From assembly GCF_006345805.1 (NCBI RefSeq), contig NW_021831834.1, positions 1,454-65,453 of the forward strand: a DNA stretch of 64,000 bases, given 5' to 3'. This document shows positions 37,935-51,320 of the stretch, piece after piece (the first letter of the stretch is position 1; each line of letters starts with the position of its first letter). The notes beneath the pieces are model-generated. The model was not told the origin of the DNA. It saw nothing but the letters and a program-made list of their open reading frames with translations, and searched no databases. This stretch comes from Octopus sinensis. Lineage: Eukaryota. The translations under genes and the position numbers were made by a program.

Positions 37935-39109
37935 ATGTCAATGAACAGACACCCTTATAATCATTAAAATTTATTTAAATCTGATATTATACATTCAAAT
38001 TATTTATTAATTGTTATAATGTGAATACTTACTATTTAATAGACATGCCCCTTGCATTTTTCAATGCAAGGACCCTATTAGGCATGTTAATGATCAGATG
38101 ATGGAATCTCTTGCCAAATTTCATGTAGTAATCTCAAAAGATCTGCTTTTGAAGATGCTTTTGTGTTCTTTTTCTGAAGTGTCCTGTCCATTATGCTCCA
38201 GAGGTGTTCAATAGGGTTCATATCTGGCGACTGGCTTAGCCATGCAAGCTTTTTAATGCCATTCTCATCCAACAAATCTTGGGTGACAAGGAGCCCCTTC
38301 TTCCATAAATAAAGAGATTTCTTTAATCATTTCACCACTGAAGAAGATTGGAAGGAGTCCTTTCTGCAATATGGACATATATTTATCTGAGTTTATGTTT
38401 CTTTCACACTCCACCAGCTCTGATTGACCATTGCTCCAAATTTCTCCCCAGACCATCAGAGAATAGCTGCCAGGTTTCATTGTTGGCTGCAACCTTTTCA
38501 TGTCAAATTCTTGATCACAGAGTCTCCACCACTGTCAGAAAATACAGCAAATCTGGATTCATTGGAGAATATGATAGTGTCCCAAAATGCTAGTGGCCTC
38601 TTCACCATCTCACTGATCCAATATTTTCTCTGTTTGATATTGACTGGTCAAAGAAGTGGTCTCCTTGCTGCTCTTCCATAGTAGCCAAGTTTGTGGAGAT
38701 ATCTGACAGCTGTTCTGGGACTGACATCAATATGTTCAGCTTTGTCAGAGGCCTTGCAATGAAGATTATCTTAACAAAGAGAAGGGTCCTGTCAGAGAAC
38801 CCTAGTCAATGTGGGTGAGGTGATGTGGACTCCTTCCCCTCTCTGGTGAATTGCACAATCACTCTGTTAACTGTAGAAAGTGGGATCCCAAGGTTTTCTG
38901 TGATTTTATGCTATGTCCACCTTCAGATTGCCCCACAATATGGCCTCTCTGAAATTCAGACAGTTCCAAGGTTTCTTTTGTACATGGCATGATTAAATAG
39001 TCACATATAGAACCTGAAACATAAAAATGTTAATTAATAAAGAATATAAACCATTACAAGTTAGAATAAACATAAAACTATGTTTTATGGGGTGTCTATT
39101 TACTTCTGT

Positions 39110-39113
<4 letters not shown>
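37935..39113 (-). mobile_element. Tc1-like (DD34E) transposon remnant
   Basis: ATG 38990 MPCTKETLELSEFQRGHIVGQSEGG, LMVWGEIWSNG, FMEEGAPCH, WLSQSPDMNPIEHLWSIM; degenerate TIR core AGACACCC at both ends. Confidence 0.85.
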
Positions 39114-39183
<70 letters not shown>

Positions 39184-39559
39184 TGCATGCGTGTGTGTAT
39201 GTATATATATCATCATATATATATATATATATATCTATGTATGTATATAAAGTAAGTACCGTCTCAAGTTCTAGGATAGTTTTCATGATATTCAAATTAC
39301 CAAGATCAGAATATGACCCTTGAACAGAATGCTTCTCCATTATAGGGCTACTCACTTACAGCTGAATCAATTGGAGCAATGTGAAATTAAAGTGTTTTGC
39401 TCAAGAACACAATGCACTTCCAGATCTGAGAATTGAAACTACAATCTTGTAATCATGAGCACAACACCCTAACCACGTTTTCATAATCACACATGCATTT
39501 ACACACACATATAAACATACTCATTTACACACACACACATTCATTTACATGCACACATT

Positions 39560-40005
39560 TCATCATCATCATCATCATCATCATTTAGCGTCCACTTTCC
39601 ATGCTAGCATGGGTTGGACGGATCAACTGGGGTCTGTGAAGCTGGAAGGCTTCGTCAGGCCCAGTCAGATCTGGCAGTGTTTCTACGGCTGGATGCCCTT
39701 CTTAACGCCAACCACTCCACGAGTGTAGTGGGTGTTTTTTACGTGCCACCTGCACAGGTGCCAGACAGAGCTGGCGAACGGCCACGAACGGATGGTGCTT
39801 TTACGTGTCACCGGCACGGGGCCAGGCGATGCTGGCAACGGACACGAACGGATGGTGCTTTTACGTGCCACCGACACGGGGCCAGACAGAGCTGGCAACC
39901 GGCCACGAACGGACGGTGCTTTTACGTGTCACCGGCACGGGGGCCAGCCGAGGCTGGCAACGGACATGAACGGATGGTGCTTTTACGTGCCACCGACACG
40001 GGGCC
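39560..40005 (-). mobile_element. Young RTE 3' UTR copy, inverted partner of 37500-37928
   Basis: Same diagnostic variants (CTTCTTAACGCC, GCTTCGTCAGGCCC). Confidence 0.9.
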
Positions 40006-40051
40006 AACATACACAAATTCACTTTCATGCACATGCTATAAACATACATAT

Positions 40052-40093
<42 letters not shown>

Positions 40094-41599
40094 ATCCATA
40101 TATAGTTCTAAGAAATTAATGGTCCAAATAGGAATTTTTATACTGGAACCTTGGTTCATAAGTTAATAAGTAAGATCTGAATATAGAAAAAGCCTTGGAA
40201 AGAAAAATATTAGTACCAAGGATAAATTAACCTGTTATTAATAGAAGTTACATGGAAACAATGAATCAAACTCTGTAGAGCATCCTACCATGGTAAGATA
40301 CAATATTTTATTAATACCATTAATATAACATTGATTTTTAACTTTGGAACAAAGCCACGAATTGGAGTTTGAATTCTGCTGAGGTCAGCTTTGCCCTTCA
40401 TTCTTCTGGGATCAATAGAATTATATACTAAACAAGTACTGTGATTGATTTCTGTTCCTTTAATACATTTCAGATTTAAATGAAATTATAACAGAGCACT
40501 AAAGCCCTACAAGGAAAAAAGATAAAAAGAGGTAATATTTATCCCTGCTTAAACATGGGTGTTCTGTTAGAACAAACTATACTGTGGTAGATATCATGAG
40601 AGAAACTCTCACATTGGCTTTTGGTGAAAAATTCTCAAATAAGGTAAAGATGACATGTAATGTTGGTTTCATATTTTGGTGCATGGCCAGCAATTTTAGG
40701 GGATGGGCAAATCAATTACATTGACCCAAGTGCTCAACTGGTACTTATTTTATTGACCCCAAAAAGGATGAAAGGTAAAGTGGAACTTGGTGGAATTTGA
40801 ACTCAGAATGTGAAGATGGATGAAATGCTGCTAAGCATTTTTCCTGGTGTAGAAACGATTCTGCCAGTTTGCTGCTTTAAGATGACATATAATATTGATT
40901 TCAAATTTTGGCACAAGGCCAGCAATTTCGGGGCAGGGGTAAGTTGATTACACCAACCCCAAAGTTAAACAGGTACTTATTTAATCAACTCTGAAAGGAT
41001 GAGACGAAATGCCGCTAAGCATTTTGTCCAATGTACTAATGGTTCTGTCAGCTCACCACCATCGGATGGCATATAATATTAATAACAGCATAGATAGGCA
41101 TAGACATAGCTGTGTGGATAAGAAGGTTGTTTTGTAAGCACATGATTTTGGATTCAGTCCTATTGTGTGGAATATTTGATAAGTGTATAGCCCTAAGCAA
41201 ACCAATGGTCTACAAGTGAATTTGAAAAATGGAAACTATGTGGAAGCTCATCATGTGTGTGTGTGCGTGTGTGTGTGTGCGTGCGTAGGTGTGTGTGTGT
41301 GTGTGCGCATATGTGTGTGTGTGTGTGTTTGCATTTGTGCTTGTCCAACCCTCCACTTGACAACTGGTACTAGTTTATGTCTCCATAAACTCTTTTATTC
41401 TTTTACTTGTTTCAGTCATGTGACTGTGGGCATGCTGGAACACCGCTTTTAGTCGAGAAAATTTAGCCCAGGACTTATTCTTTGAAACCTAGTACTTATT
41501 CTATCGGTCTCTTTTTTGCCGAACCACTAAGTTACGGGGACATAAACACACCAGCATCAGTTGTCAAGTAATGTTGGGGGAACAAACACAGACACACAA

Positions 41600-41648
<49 letters not shown>

Positions 41649-42128
41649 TACGACGGGCTTCTTTCAGTTTCCGTCTACCAAATCCACGGCCCGAGGCTAT
41701 AGTAGAAGACACTTAACCAAGGTGCCATGCAGTAGGACTGAACCCGGAACCATGTGGTTCATAAGCATTTAAGATTGAACTCTTAATTGATCAAAGCTTT
41801 GTGAGTGAAATTTGGGAGACGGAAACTTTATGGAAGGCCACCATAAGAACCACTTCTACTGTTGGAGAGCAGAGTTAATCTAATCTGTTGCCCAGTTTAA
41901 CAAAACAACCATTCGGCTGCAGATTAAAGCAAAGGGAACAGCAGGATGTTGATTTAAGTATCACTACAGTGCTACTACATACTTCAGTCCATGTGTATAT
42001 ATCTTTTATCTTCTACTAGCTTCAGTCATTAGACTACAGCCATGCTGGGGCACCACCTTGAATTTTTTATAGCTGAATCAATCAGCCCCAGTACTTATTT
42101 TTTAAGCCTAGTACTTATTTTATCGGTC

Positions 42129-42167
<39 letters not shown>

Positions 42168-42416
42168 CATCATCATCATCACCACCGCAAAACGAATGTG
42201 GAATGATGACGATGATATGTGTGTGTGTGTGTGCATGTGTGCATGCATGTGTTTTTTTGTATGTGTGTGTGTGTGTGTGTATGCGTGTGTGTGTGTGTGT
42301 ATAAGTATTGCCAATTGAGCAGAATATGCTTCACTGGAGAGGCCTAATAAGACTGAAACGTCCATTACTTTTTGGCTTTAAAGACTACACATCAATCCAG
42401 TCTGTATTGTCTACAT

Positions 42417-42698
42417 CAGTGGTTCTCAAAGTGGGGGTGGTATTACTCCCCCACTCACTGGAGGTGGTGAAAAGTTCCAAGGGGCATTGAAAAAAAGTAG
42501 GGCAATAATAGGGTAGTGATTCATGTAAAAACAACAAAATAATGGGTTCATTAGGTTAAGTTTTATTTGTGAAATACAGTTGCTTTGAATTTTCTCAAAA
42601 AGAGGTCTATGTTTGTGATGTTTAGTTGGGGTAGGGGTGCTAGGAATATGGCCTGGGTGTCAAGGGGGTGGTAGCCTGAAAAAGTTTGGAAACTACTG
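42417..42698. mobile_element. hAT (Charlie-like) MITE, 282 bp
   Basis: TIRs CAGTGGTTCTCAAA / CAGTAGTTTCCAAA; perfect 8-bp TSD GTCTACAT at 42409-42416 and 42699-42706. Confidence 0.9.
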
Positions 42699-44562
42699 GT
42701 CTACATTATCTAAATTTTGAAAAATAACCAATCTTCTTATAGTATCCCACTTGCATACTGTTTCAAGAACGTCTTAGAGAGAGAGTTTTTGTCTGTTAAT
42801 TCCTTGAAGATTTTCAACTCACTACACCACACACACATGAGACCTTCTTATATTTATACTTGACATTATTTATTTTTGTGTTACTATGAATCTAAAATAT
42901 ATTTTATTACTTAAGTATTGCAATGATTTTCTTTCCAACTATTTACAAGAATTATTTATGAGGGAAATTTACAAAATCTTGGAAAATAAGAAAATATGTA
43001 TAAAAAGAAAATATAAAGAAATCTGTGAAAAATTATATTTAGAAAGGAAAACACATCGAATATATGAGAGACTGAATGTGTGTGAATATTGTCTGAGGGT
43101 GTATATAAAAGCAAAGTGTGTGTGTGTGTGTTTGAGACTGTTGTGAATGTGTATTCAATTCAATGTGCTCAGTTATTGCTTTCTCATTGCAGAGATAAAA
43201 CCCTGTTTGTATTTCTTCATAAACTTTCGGTTTTAAGTTTCTGATCTTTAACTTTTATTTGTTTCAGTCAGCAGACCGAATTGTTTTGTTGAACAAATCA
43301 ACCCCAGTGCTCACTTCTAAGCTTGACACTAATTCTATTGGTCTATTTTGATGAACCCTGAGTTACAGGTTTGTAAACAAATCAACACTCTTTTACTTGT
43401 TTCAGTCATTTGACTATGGCCATGCTGGAGCACTACCTTTAGTCGAGCAAATTGATCCTAGAGTTTATCCTTTGTAAGCATAGTACTTATTCTATCGGTC
43501 TCTTTTGCCAAACCGCTAAGTTACAGGGACGTAAACACACCAGCATCAGTTGTCAAGCGATGGTGGGGGACAAACACATACACACAAACATATACACACA
43601 AACATACACACACACACACACACATATATATATACATATACACGACGGGCTTTTTCCAGTTTCCATCTATCAAATCCACTCACAAGGCTTTGGTTGGCCT
43701 GAAGCTATAGTAGAAGACACTTGCCCAAGGTGCCATGCAGTGGGACTGAAGCCAAGACCATGTGGTTGGTAAACAAGCTACTTATCACACAGCCATACAT
43801 ACATAATACATACGTACGTACATACATACATCCATATATATGTACATACATACATACAAACAAACAAACAAAAATACCCTGTTGTTGATGTTGAAATTCC
43901 AATGAAGGAACCTTGGATCTGGGTTAGAAACCAGTTCTTGCTCTATTGTCAAGAAATCTTGAAATAAACTGAATAATGACATACATACATACATACATAC
44001 ATACATACATACATACATACTGTAAACATCTGTAAAACTTTCCAGAAGTTTATCATTTAAATGTATATGAGCATGTCTCGACATGCAACTATATGGATGA
44101 AAATACATACATAAAGCAAAACATACAAATCTGAACATATACATACATACATACATACATACATACCATGTTGTTGATATTGAAATTCCAATGAAGGAGC
44201 CTTGGATCTAGGTTAGAAACTGGCTCTTTCTCTATATCGAACGTTCGTATAAACGCTTGTGTACCTGGGGAATTTTCTTTGATGTAAATCAATGTTTTTC
44301 CTTTTTCTTCTTATATGTATCTGCCGATATATAATGCTTTGCATGGTACTGTATTATTGTTGTTGTTTTTGTTGTTGTTTTTATGTTGCTAGCCGTGTGA
44401 TGCATGTATTGTTTTGCAGGTATTAATGCTATTAATAATAATAATAATGATATTAGTAGCAATAGTGGCAATGGCAATAGTAATGATGGTAATATTAATG
44501 GCATTTTGTAACTTAATATAATGAACTCTTGACTTTGTATATCTACATTTGAATATAGATAT

Positions 44563-44797
44563 ATATTTCTATACTGCCCACAAGGGGCTAAACATAGAGG
44601 GGACAAACAAGGACAGACAAAGGGAGTAAGTTGATTACATCGACCCCAGTGTGAAACTGGTACTTTATTTATCAACCCCGAAAGGATGAAAGGTAAAGTC
44701 GACCTCGGCAGAATTTGAACTCAGAATGTAAAGACAGACGAAATACCTCTAAGCATTTCGCCTGGCGCGCTAACGTTTCTGCCGGCTCGCCGCCTAT
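44563..44797 (-). repeat. Full-length SINE family A with TSD
   Basis: ATTTGAATATAGATAT at 44547-44562 and 44798-44813. Confidence 0.9.
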
Positions 44798-45714
44798 ATT
44801 TGAATATAGATATGTGTATGTTTCTATATTGTAATATTCTGATATATTGTTTTGACCAACTGTAACCTTGAATATAGCACATAAATATGTATATTGCTTT
44901 TTATATGGCACCATTATATCAACTGTTAAATGAATGCCTTAGTATACTGTTTGATTAACCAATTTTTCAAAACTTACGACACTAATATATCCTTTGGAAA
45001 GGCATCAACATCACATATTACATTTCTTTTATGGCAGTTTAAGAAATAAATACTATTGTTGAATAATGTACAGGAGTTAACTTCTCAAGTAAGTATTAAT
45101 GTTATGCAAAGAACCTGACAACACTCTCACAACCAAGTGAGTTGTTACAACTTCAATAGACATTTGATTTCTTTTATTGTATTGAATATTACTTGCATAT
45201 TTTAGTTTGTACTAAGTCGATATTTTATTCACAAATACATAGTTTTGTTATGACAAGTCTTCAGTTAAATATCATTGTTGTATTCATGTTTCTAGAATTT
45301 TCTGTTGCAGAGTTAAGAGGAGTGCCTTCACTCCTCTCACTTTGCATTCTGTGCATTGGTACAGTGTTCTGTTGAAAGCTGTAGTTATAACATACTACAA
45401 TACATCAGCACACAGAACAAATTTAATGAGTAGTTTTTCTTTTAGACTTCTCTGTCTGTCAAACTGTTTAGTGTTCAAAGCACAGCAGTTCTACTTATTC
45501 TATACTGACATACATAATTTCATAGTTGAACAGTCAATATATCAGTGTAACTTTATAATTGGACAAGTCCATTGCTGTCAGGCAAGGGATGTCACGAATA
45601 GGAAAGAATGGGTCCATAAGTAACTTGTGTAGTTCTTTAGTTTCAAGTCAGCTCTGGTTTTAATAATACTGTCCTTCTTTTGGTCTCCATACTGTCTCTA
45701 CATGTCTAAATTGT

Positions 45715-46035
45715 GGGCGCATGGCTTAGTGGTCAGAGCATTTGGCTCATGATCGTAAGGTTTTGAGTTCGATACCCGGCAATGTGTTGTGTCCTTGAGC
45801 AAGACACTTTATTTCACGTTGCTCCAGTCCACTCAGCTGGCAAAAATGAGTTGTACCTGTATTTCAAAAGGGCCAGCCTTGTCACACTCTGTGTCACGCT
45901 GAATCTCCCTGAGAACTACATTAGGGGTACACATGTCTGTGGAGTGCTCAGCCACTTGCATGTTAATTTCATGAACAAGCTATTCCGTTGATCGTATCAG
46001 CTGGGACCCTTGTCGTCGTAACTGACGGAGTGCTC
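45715..46035 (+). repeat. Full-length tRNA-derived SINE (family D) with 17-bp TSD
   Basis: A box TGGCTTAGTGG, B box GAGTTCGATAC, GTGTCCTTGAGCAAGACAC segment; TSD CTACATGTCTAAATTGT at 45698-45714 and 46036-46052. Confidence 0.92.
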
Positions 46036-49000
46036 CTACATGTCTAAATTGTCCATTATTCCAATTAAATGACCAACAATGTATGGGTCTAGTGTGTGGA
46101 TAGTGTAGAGATGTAATGGAGAGGCATATTGCACAGATGGAATAGCAATGTCGAGATAGAATGAGAGACACTGTTCCACAATTGCATCCTTAAAATGTCT
46201 TTTATTCCATTTCCACATTGATCCTCAATTTCATCTCTACTGTGTTGTTCCATGCCACTCAGCACTGTTCCCTATTCCATCTTTTCTTCATTCTCCATAC
46301 AATCTCTTCACTTTCCTTCCTTCTATCTCCATACTGTCTCCCTCTTTATCTCTACAGTGTTCCTCACTCCTGACTCCATGATGATTCTCTGTTTATCCCT
46401 ACAGTCCATCCATTGATCCATCAATCCATCCACCCACCCATCCATCTGTCTGTCTGCCTATCCATCTCTCTCTCTCTCTATCTATCGATTTCTTTTTTCT
46501 TTTTTACGATCCCTTTTGATCAAAAACCTACCCCACTTCTTTTTTTTTCCTCCCCAAAAAGAAAAGCTCTACTTTGTAATTTGTCCCCTCTGTGTGGTTA
46601 ATAAAGAAGCATATCTATCTATTTATCTACACAGTTCTCACTCCATCTCCATTGTGTCTCCACTCCCATCTCTATATTAATTCTCACTCCATCCCTAGAG
46701 CCACTCTCTGTCTATGTCTGTGGTCTCTCTTTCTTTCCCTATATTATCCTTCACTCCATCCCTTCATTACCATCTCTCCATCTCCACATTATTCCTTACC
46801 CAATCTCAACACTATTATCAACTTTCTCTCTTCATTCTCAATACTGGAGCTTACCTTAAAACTAAAGTGTGAACAGCATATCTTTACTCACATTTTGTTT
46901 CTTTGAAATGTGGAGGAGGATTTGATGCAGGTGTTTAATTGATATGAAGTTTAAAGTGAAATTGGTGCATTGGGGGGGGGGGGAGAGAGGAGACAGACAG
47001 ACAGGCAGATAAAAAGATTAAAAGTACTAAAATGATTGACAGATATGATGTCTATTACAGAGATGAAAGATAGAAAGCAGGGAGGAAAGATGTAAACAAG
47101 CAGTTCCTAACAAGGAAAGTTCTTTATTGGAGGAGAAAACAGAAATATGATATACACAAAGGTAAATATGGGTATTTAGGAGTTTCTCATTCTCTTCTAA
47201 TATAAATACATGTGAAAAGAAATAATGATGAGGTTATTTTATATAGTGCTCAAGTACACTACAACTCATCAGAAAAGGTTAAAAGAAGTGATAGATAGCA
47301 GATGTATAAGTCAAGTAAAGAAAGAAGCCACATAAGCTAGAAGTACATGTACAGTTTACAGAATGAATCAAGACAGAAAAGTGAACATTAACATTAAAAT
47401 GTTATTTCCTTTAGTTTCAAACCACATTGATTTCTCACAATATTCAATCCATATTACCAAAACTTGAAGCTGTACAACTTCTAACACCAAGAAAACATAT
47501 CTTTCTCTCATTCTGTTACCTATTTTTTAAATCTTCACTGAAATTTTACTAAAATCAGCAACAATTTTATCAAGTTTCAATAAATTAATGAATAAAAATT
47601 AAAATGTTTCCTTCAGATTCAATATGCTAAATTCTGAATAAGGCAGATTAACAGACTAACAGACAGACTGACAAACAAACTAGTACTGACATATGAAAGA
47701 TCATTTTTAGACATTTAATTCAATAATGTAATCTTGTCTAGATAGCTTAATGAGAATTTCGTGCTGTTCTGTTTATGATATGAAGTTTAAGGAAGTAGTT
47801 AAAACAGATTCAACCTGTTTATGATAAATGTCTCCTCTTATTTTTATTTTCTTACTTTAACAGCAAATCTGTGGTTTAGACATTAAAAAGAAAAAAAGGA
47901 AAAAGAAGAAATGTGAACATAAAATGCTATTGCATGGTGATTGTTCCTTCATAGAATTTAATGTTGTATTCTCTAATTGCTCACCTTATGCCACTAAGTC
48001 ATAACACAGACAGACACACACACACACACCAGGCATTCAATAGAGTTTCGTTATTTAGTAAGGTTGAAGTTTCAATGTGTCATTCTGCAGGAATGTTCAT
48101 ATATAATTATCAAGTAAAACTTCCTAGTAACACCACTAATTGATTGGTTGAGTTTTATCTTGTTATTATAAACACAAATATAAACTAACACATTGATTCT
48201 CAAACTAACAAATACCAGGTTTCTTACTCCTCCACTGTCCCACAAAAGTATCAGTGAAATTTCCAGCAGTCCCTGGCCCACCATCGCTATGTATTAATGT
48301 AAAGATAAAACAGAGTTTGCATCTGTATAATTTTTCTTTTTTTGCCATTGTGTTGTAAAAATTAGAAAATTTAAAAACATCTTAATTTTATTAAACATGG
48401 CAATTTGTTTGTCCCCTTTTCAATTTTCCTTCACAGACTCCCTTTCAATCTGCTTTCTCTTTAATCCTCAATGAAAACAGTGAAATATCATGACACGACA
48501 CCAATTCTTCTTTTACCTCACTTTCTCTTGACTCAGACTTATTACAAGTCAACAAGGAAGCCTCTATAGGAAAAGACCCATCGAACTAAATAGAATGGGT
48601 CATCTCAAGTACTGCAAATCACTAATTGTCTTGGTCCCTTGAAATCTCCTCTATGAAGCTCAACTTCTTTAGATCATTCATCATTACTTTGTCCCATATC
48701 TTCCTGGGTCTTCCTCTTCCACAGGTTCTCTCCCCATTTAGAGATCAGCACTTCTTTATGCAGATGCCTTCATCTGTGTGCATCACATGACCATACCAGC
48801 ACAGTCACTCAAAATGAAAATCTTAAGGTATTTTATCAAATTATAATTATTTTTAAAGATCCAACTCTGTATTTGAAGGACCAGTGTATGTAGATCAGCT
48901 TGTACAGAGGAGAGGTAATTGAAATAAATAGAAGGGTTCCAATAGTTAGTATTTTCTCTTTCTTTGCTAGCCAACATATTTGAGACATTTATAAGGTCAA

Positions 49001-49844
49001 CCATGGAAGACAGCTTAGACATGATAAATTATACAGCAAATTTGAATGGGTGGACCTATTCACTATAAATCCTGATCTTATTTTAAACCAAATCTAAAAA
49101 CACAAAGCTTAAATGCTATGACATTATGTGAATTCACTAATATATAGAATTGTTACATAAACAACTAAAATGTACAAGTTAAATATCATCTTCTGATATC
49201 TCCTGATACCCAACCTTAGTATAATGTAAATTTATCTTTGTGTTCTAACATTGAAAATGTGATTCTGTTAACTTAAATTTATCATTTGTGCTGTAGTTTT
49301 GCTTGTGGCCTAAGGTTAAAATAAAAACTGCACATGATAAAATGTTTCTTATTTGTTTAAGAATCCTGATTTAAATTAATGAGGATGGTTAACATTGCGG
49401 TGTCTGAAATATTTTAGTAGTAATCTAGTTCATTCAACTGAATGGGGAAAAGCTCAATTATTGTATGATGAGTTAGAGAAATAGAATAGCATATCTCTAA
49501 CAAAAATGGAATAGCAAATCTCTAGCAAAAATGAAGCCTGCCCATTTACCATTGCTATTCAATTTGATAACTGTAATTTGTTTAATTTAAAGAGTTGGAA
49601 ATCTGAGTGTGGCCTCCATCAGCCAAGGTTGATCATGCATCTGCACATGTATGTACATGGCTGGATAAGATTTTTTTGAGGAAGACTAGCAGTGGCCCAT
49701 ACATGTAAGTCTTACCTTTCAGTACTACTAATATTTATCTAAGGGAAATGACACCAGCTTGGGCTGAAACAGCCTGGCACCAGTATCACTGCATATATGA
49801 ATAAATATAAATATATAAAAATTATATAAATAAATATGTAAATC

Positions 49845-51320
49845 ATCATCATCAGCATCATTTAATGCTTGTTTTCCATGCTGGCATAGGTTGGATGGTT
49901 TGACTGGGGACTGGCAAGCCAGGAGGTCACACTAGGCTCCAATCTCAGTTGGTAATGTTTCTACAGCTGGATGCCCTTCCTAACGCCAACTACTCTAAGA
50001 GTGTAGTGGGTACTTTTTATATGCCACCAGCATGGGAGCCAGTCAGCGGCACTAGTATTGGCTACATTCAGATGGTGTTTTTTATGTCCCACCAACACAG
50101 GAGCCAGTCGGGGCAGGGCCTGGCACTGACCATGTTCGGATAGTGTTTTTTATGTACCACTGGCACAGGGAGCCAGTCAAGCAGATCTGGCAATGACACA
50201 TGCATGCATGGTGTTTATTGCATGCCACCAGCACAGGATCCAGTCAGGTGGCACTGGTATCAGCCACAACTACAATTGCCATTTGATTGTGATTTTATTT
50301 GATTTTGATTTGATTTTGGTTTTGATTTACTTGACTCAATAGGTCTCAAGTAGGGCAGGTCACCTGATGATTCAAAGGTACTTTTTTAAGTGGGCTGGTT
50401 ATGTGATACTGGTGTAGGCTATGGCTGTGATCTCACTTTACTTGCGGGTCTTCTCAATCATAGCATATCTCCAGAGGTCTCAGTCTTTCGTCATTACCTC
50501 TGTGAGGCCCAACATTTGAAAGGTCATGCTTCACCACCTCATCCCATGTCTTCCTGGGTCTACCTCTTCCATAGGTTCCTTCCACTGTTAGGGAGTGACA
50601 CTTCTTCACACAGCTCTCCTCACCCATATGTAGCACATGACCATACCAGTGCAGGTGTCAATCTTGCACACCACATCTGATGCTTCTTAATTCCAACATT
50701 TCTCTCAGGGCACTTACACTGTCGTGTGGGCATACTGACATTACACATCTAGCTGATCATACTAGCTTCATTTCTTTCGAGCTTACACATGTCTTCAGCT
50801 GTCACAGCCCATGTTTCACTGCTGCGTAGCATGGCAGTTCAAACACATGCATCATACAATCTACTTTTCACTCTGAGCGAGTCACCAGCAGAGGTAGGAG
50901 CTTTCTGAACTTTGCCCAGGCTATTCTTATTCTAGTGGCAATGCTTTCTGAGCATCCACCCTCACTACAGCTTTGGTCACCAAGGTAGTGGAAGCTATCA
51001 ACTACTTCTAGTTTCTCCCCCTGGAATGTGATGGAATCAGTTCTGAACATCTGCAGTGTTTATTGCCCCTGTGCATCTGCCATACACAAAAGCCATCTTC
51101 CCAGTTAGCCTTCCTTTGATGTTACTGCACCTCTTATGCATCCATAGCTTACACTGGGTACATCTTATGGAGTTTCTACCTACACCTTTTCTACAGATCA
51201 AGCAGGGCCATCTACCTGAAAGGGTTTGTGATGTGTTCACCTTCCTACTTACTAGGACTTTGGTTTTTGCAACATTGATTCTAAAACCCTTCGATTCTAA
51301 ACCTTGCTTCCACACCTGAA
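49845..51320 (-). mobile_element. RTE-LINE 3' 1.5 kb: RT C-terminus, Cys/His finger and 3' UTR
   Basis: WKQGLESKGFRINVAKTKVL, WPCLICRKGVGRNSIRCTQCKLWMHKRC, LEVVDSFHYLGD, GRGRPRKTWDEVVKHDL. Confidence 0.92.
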
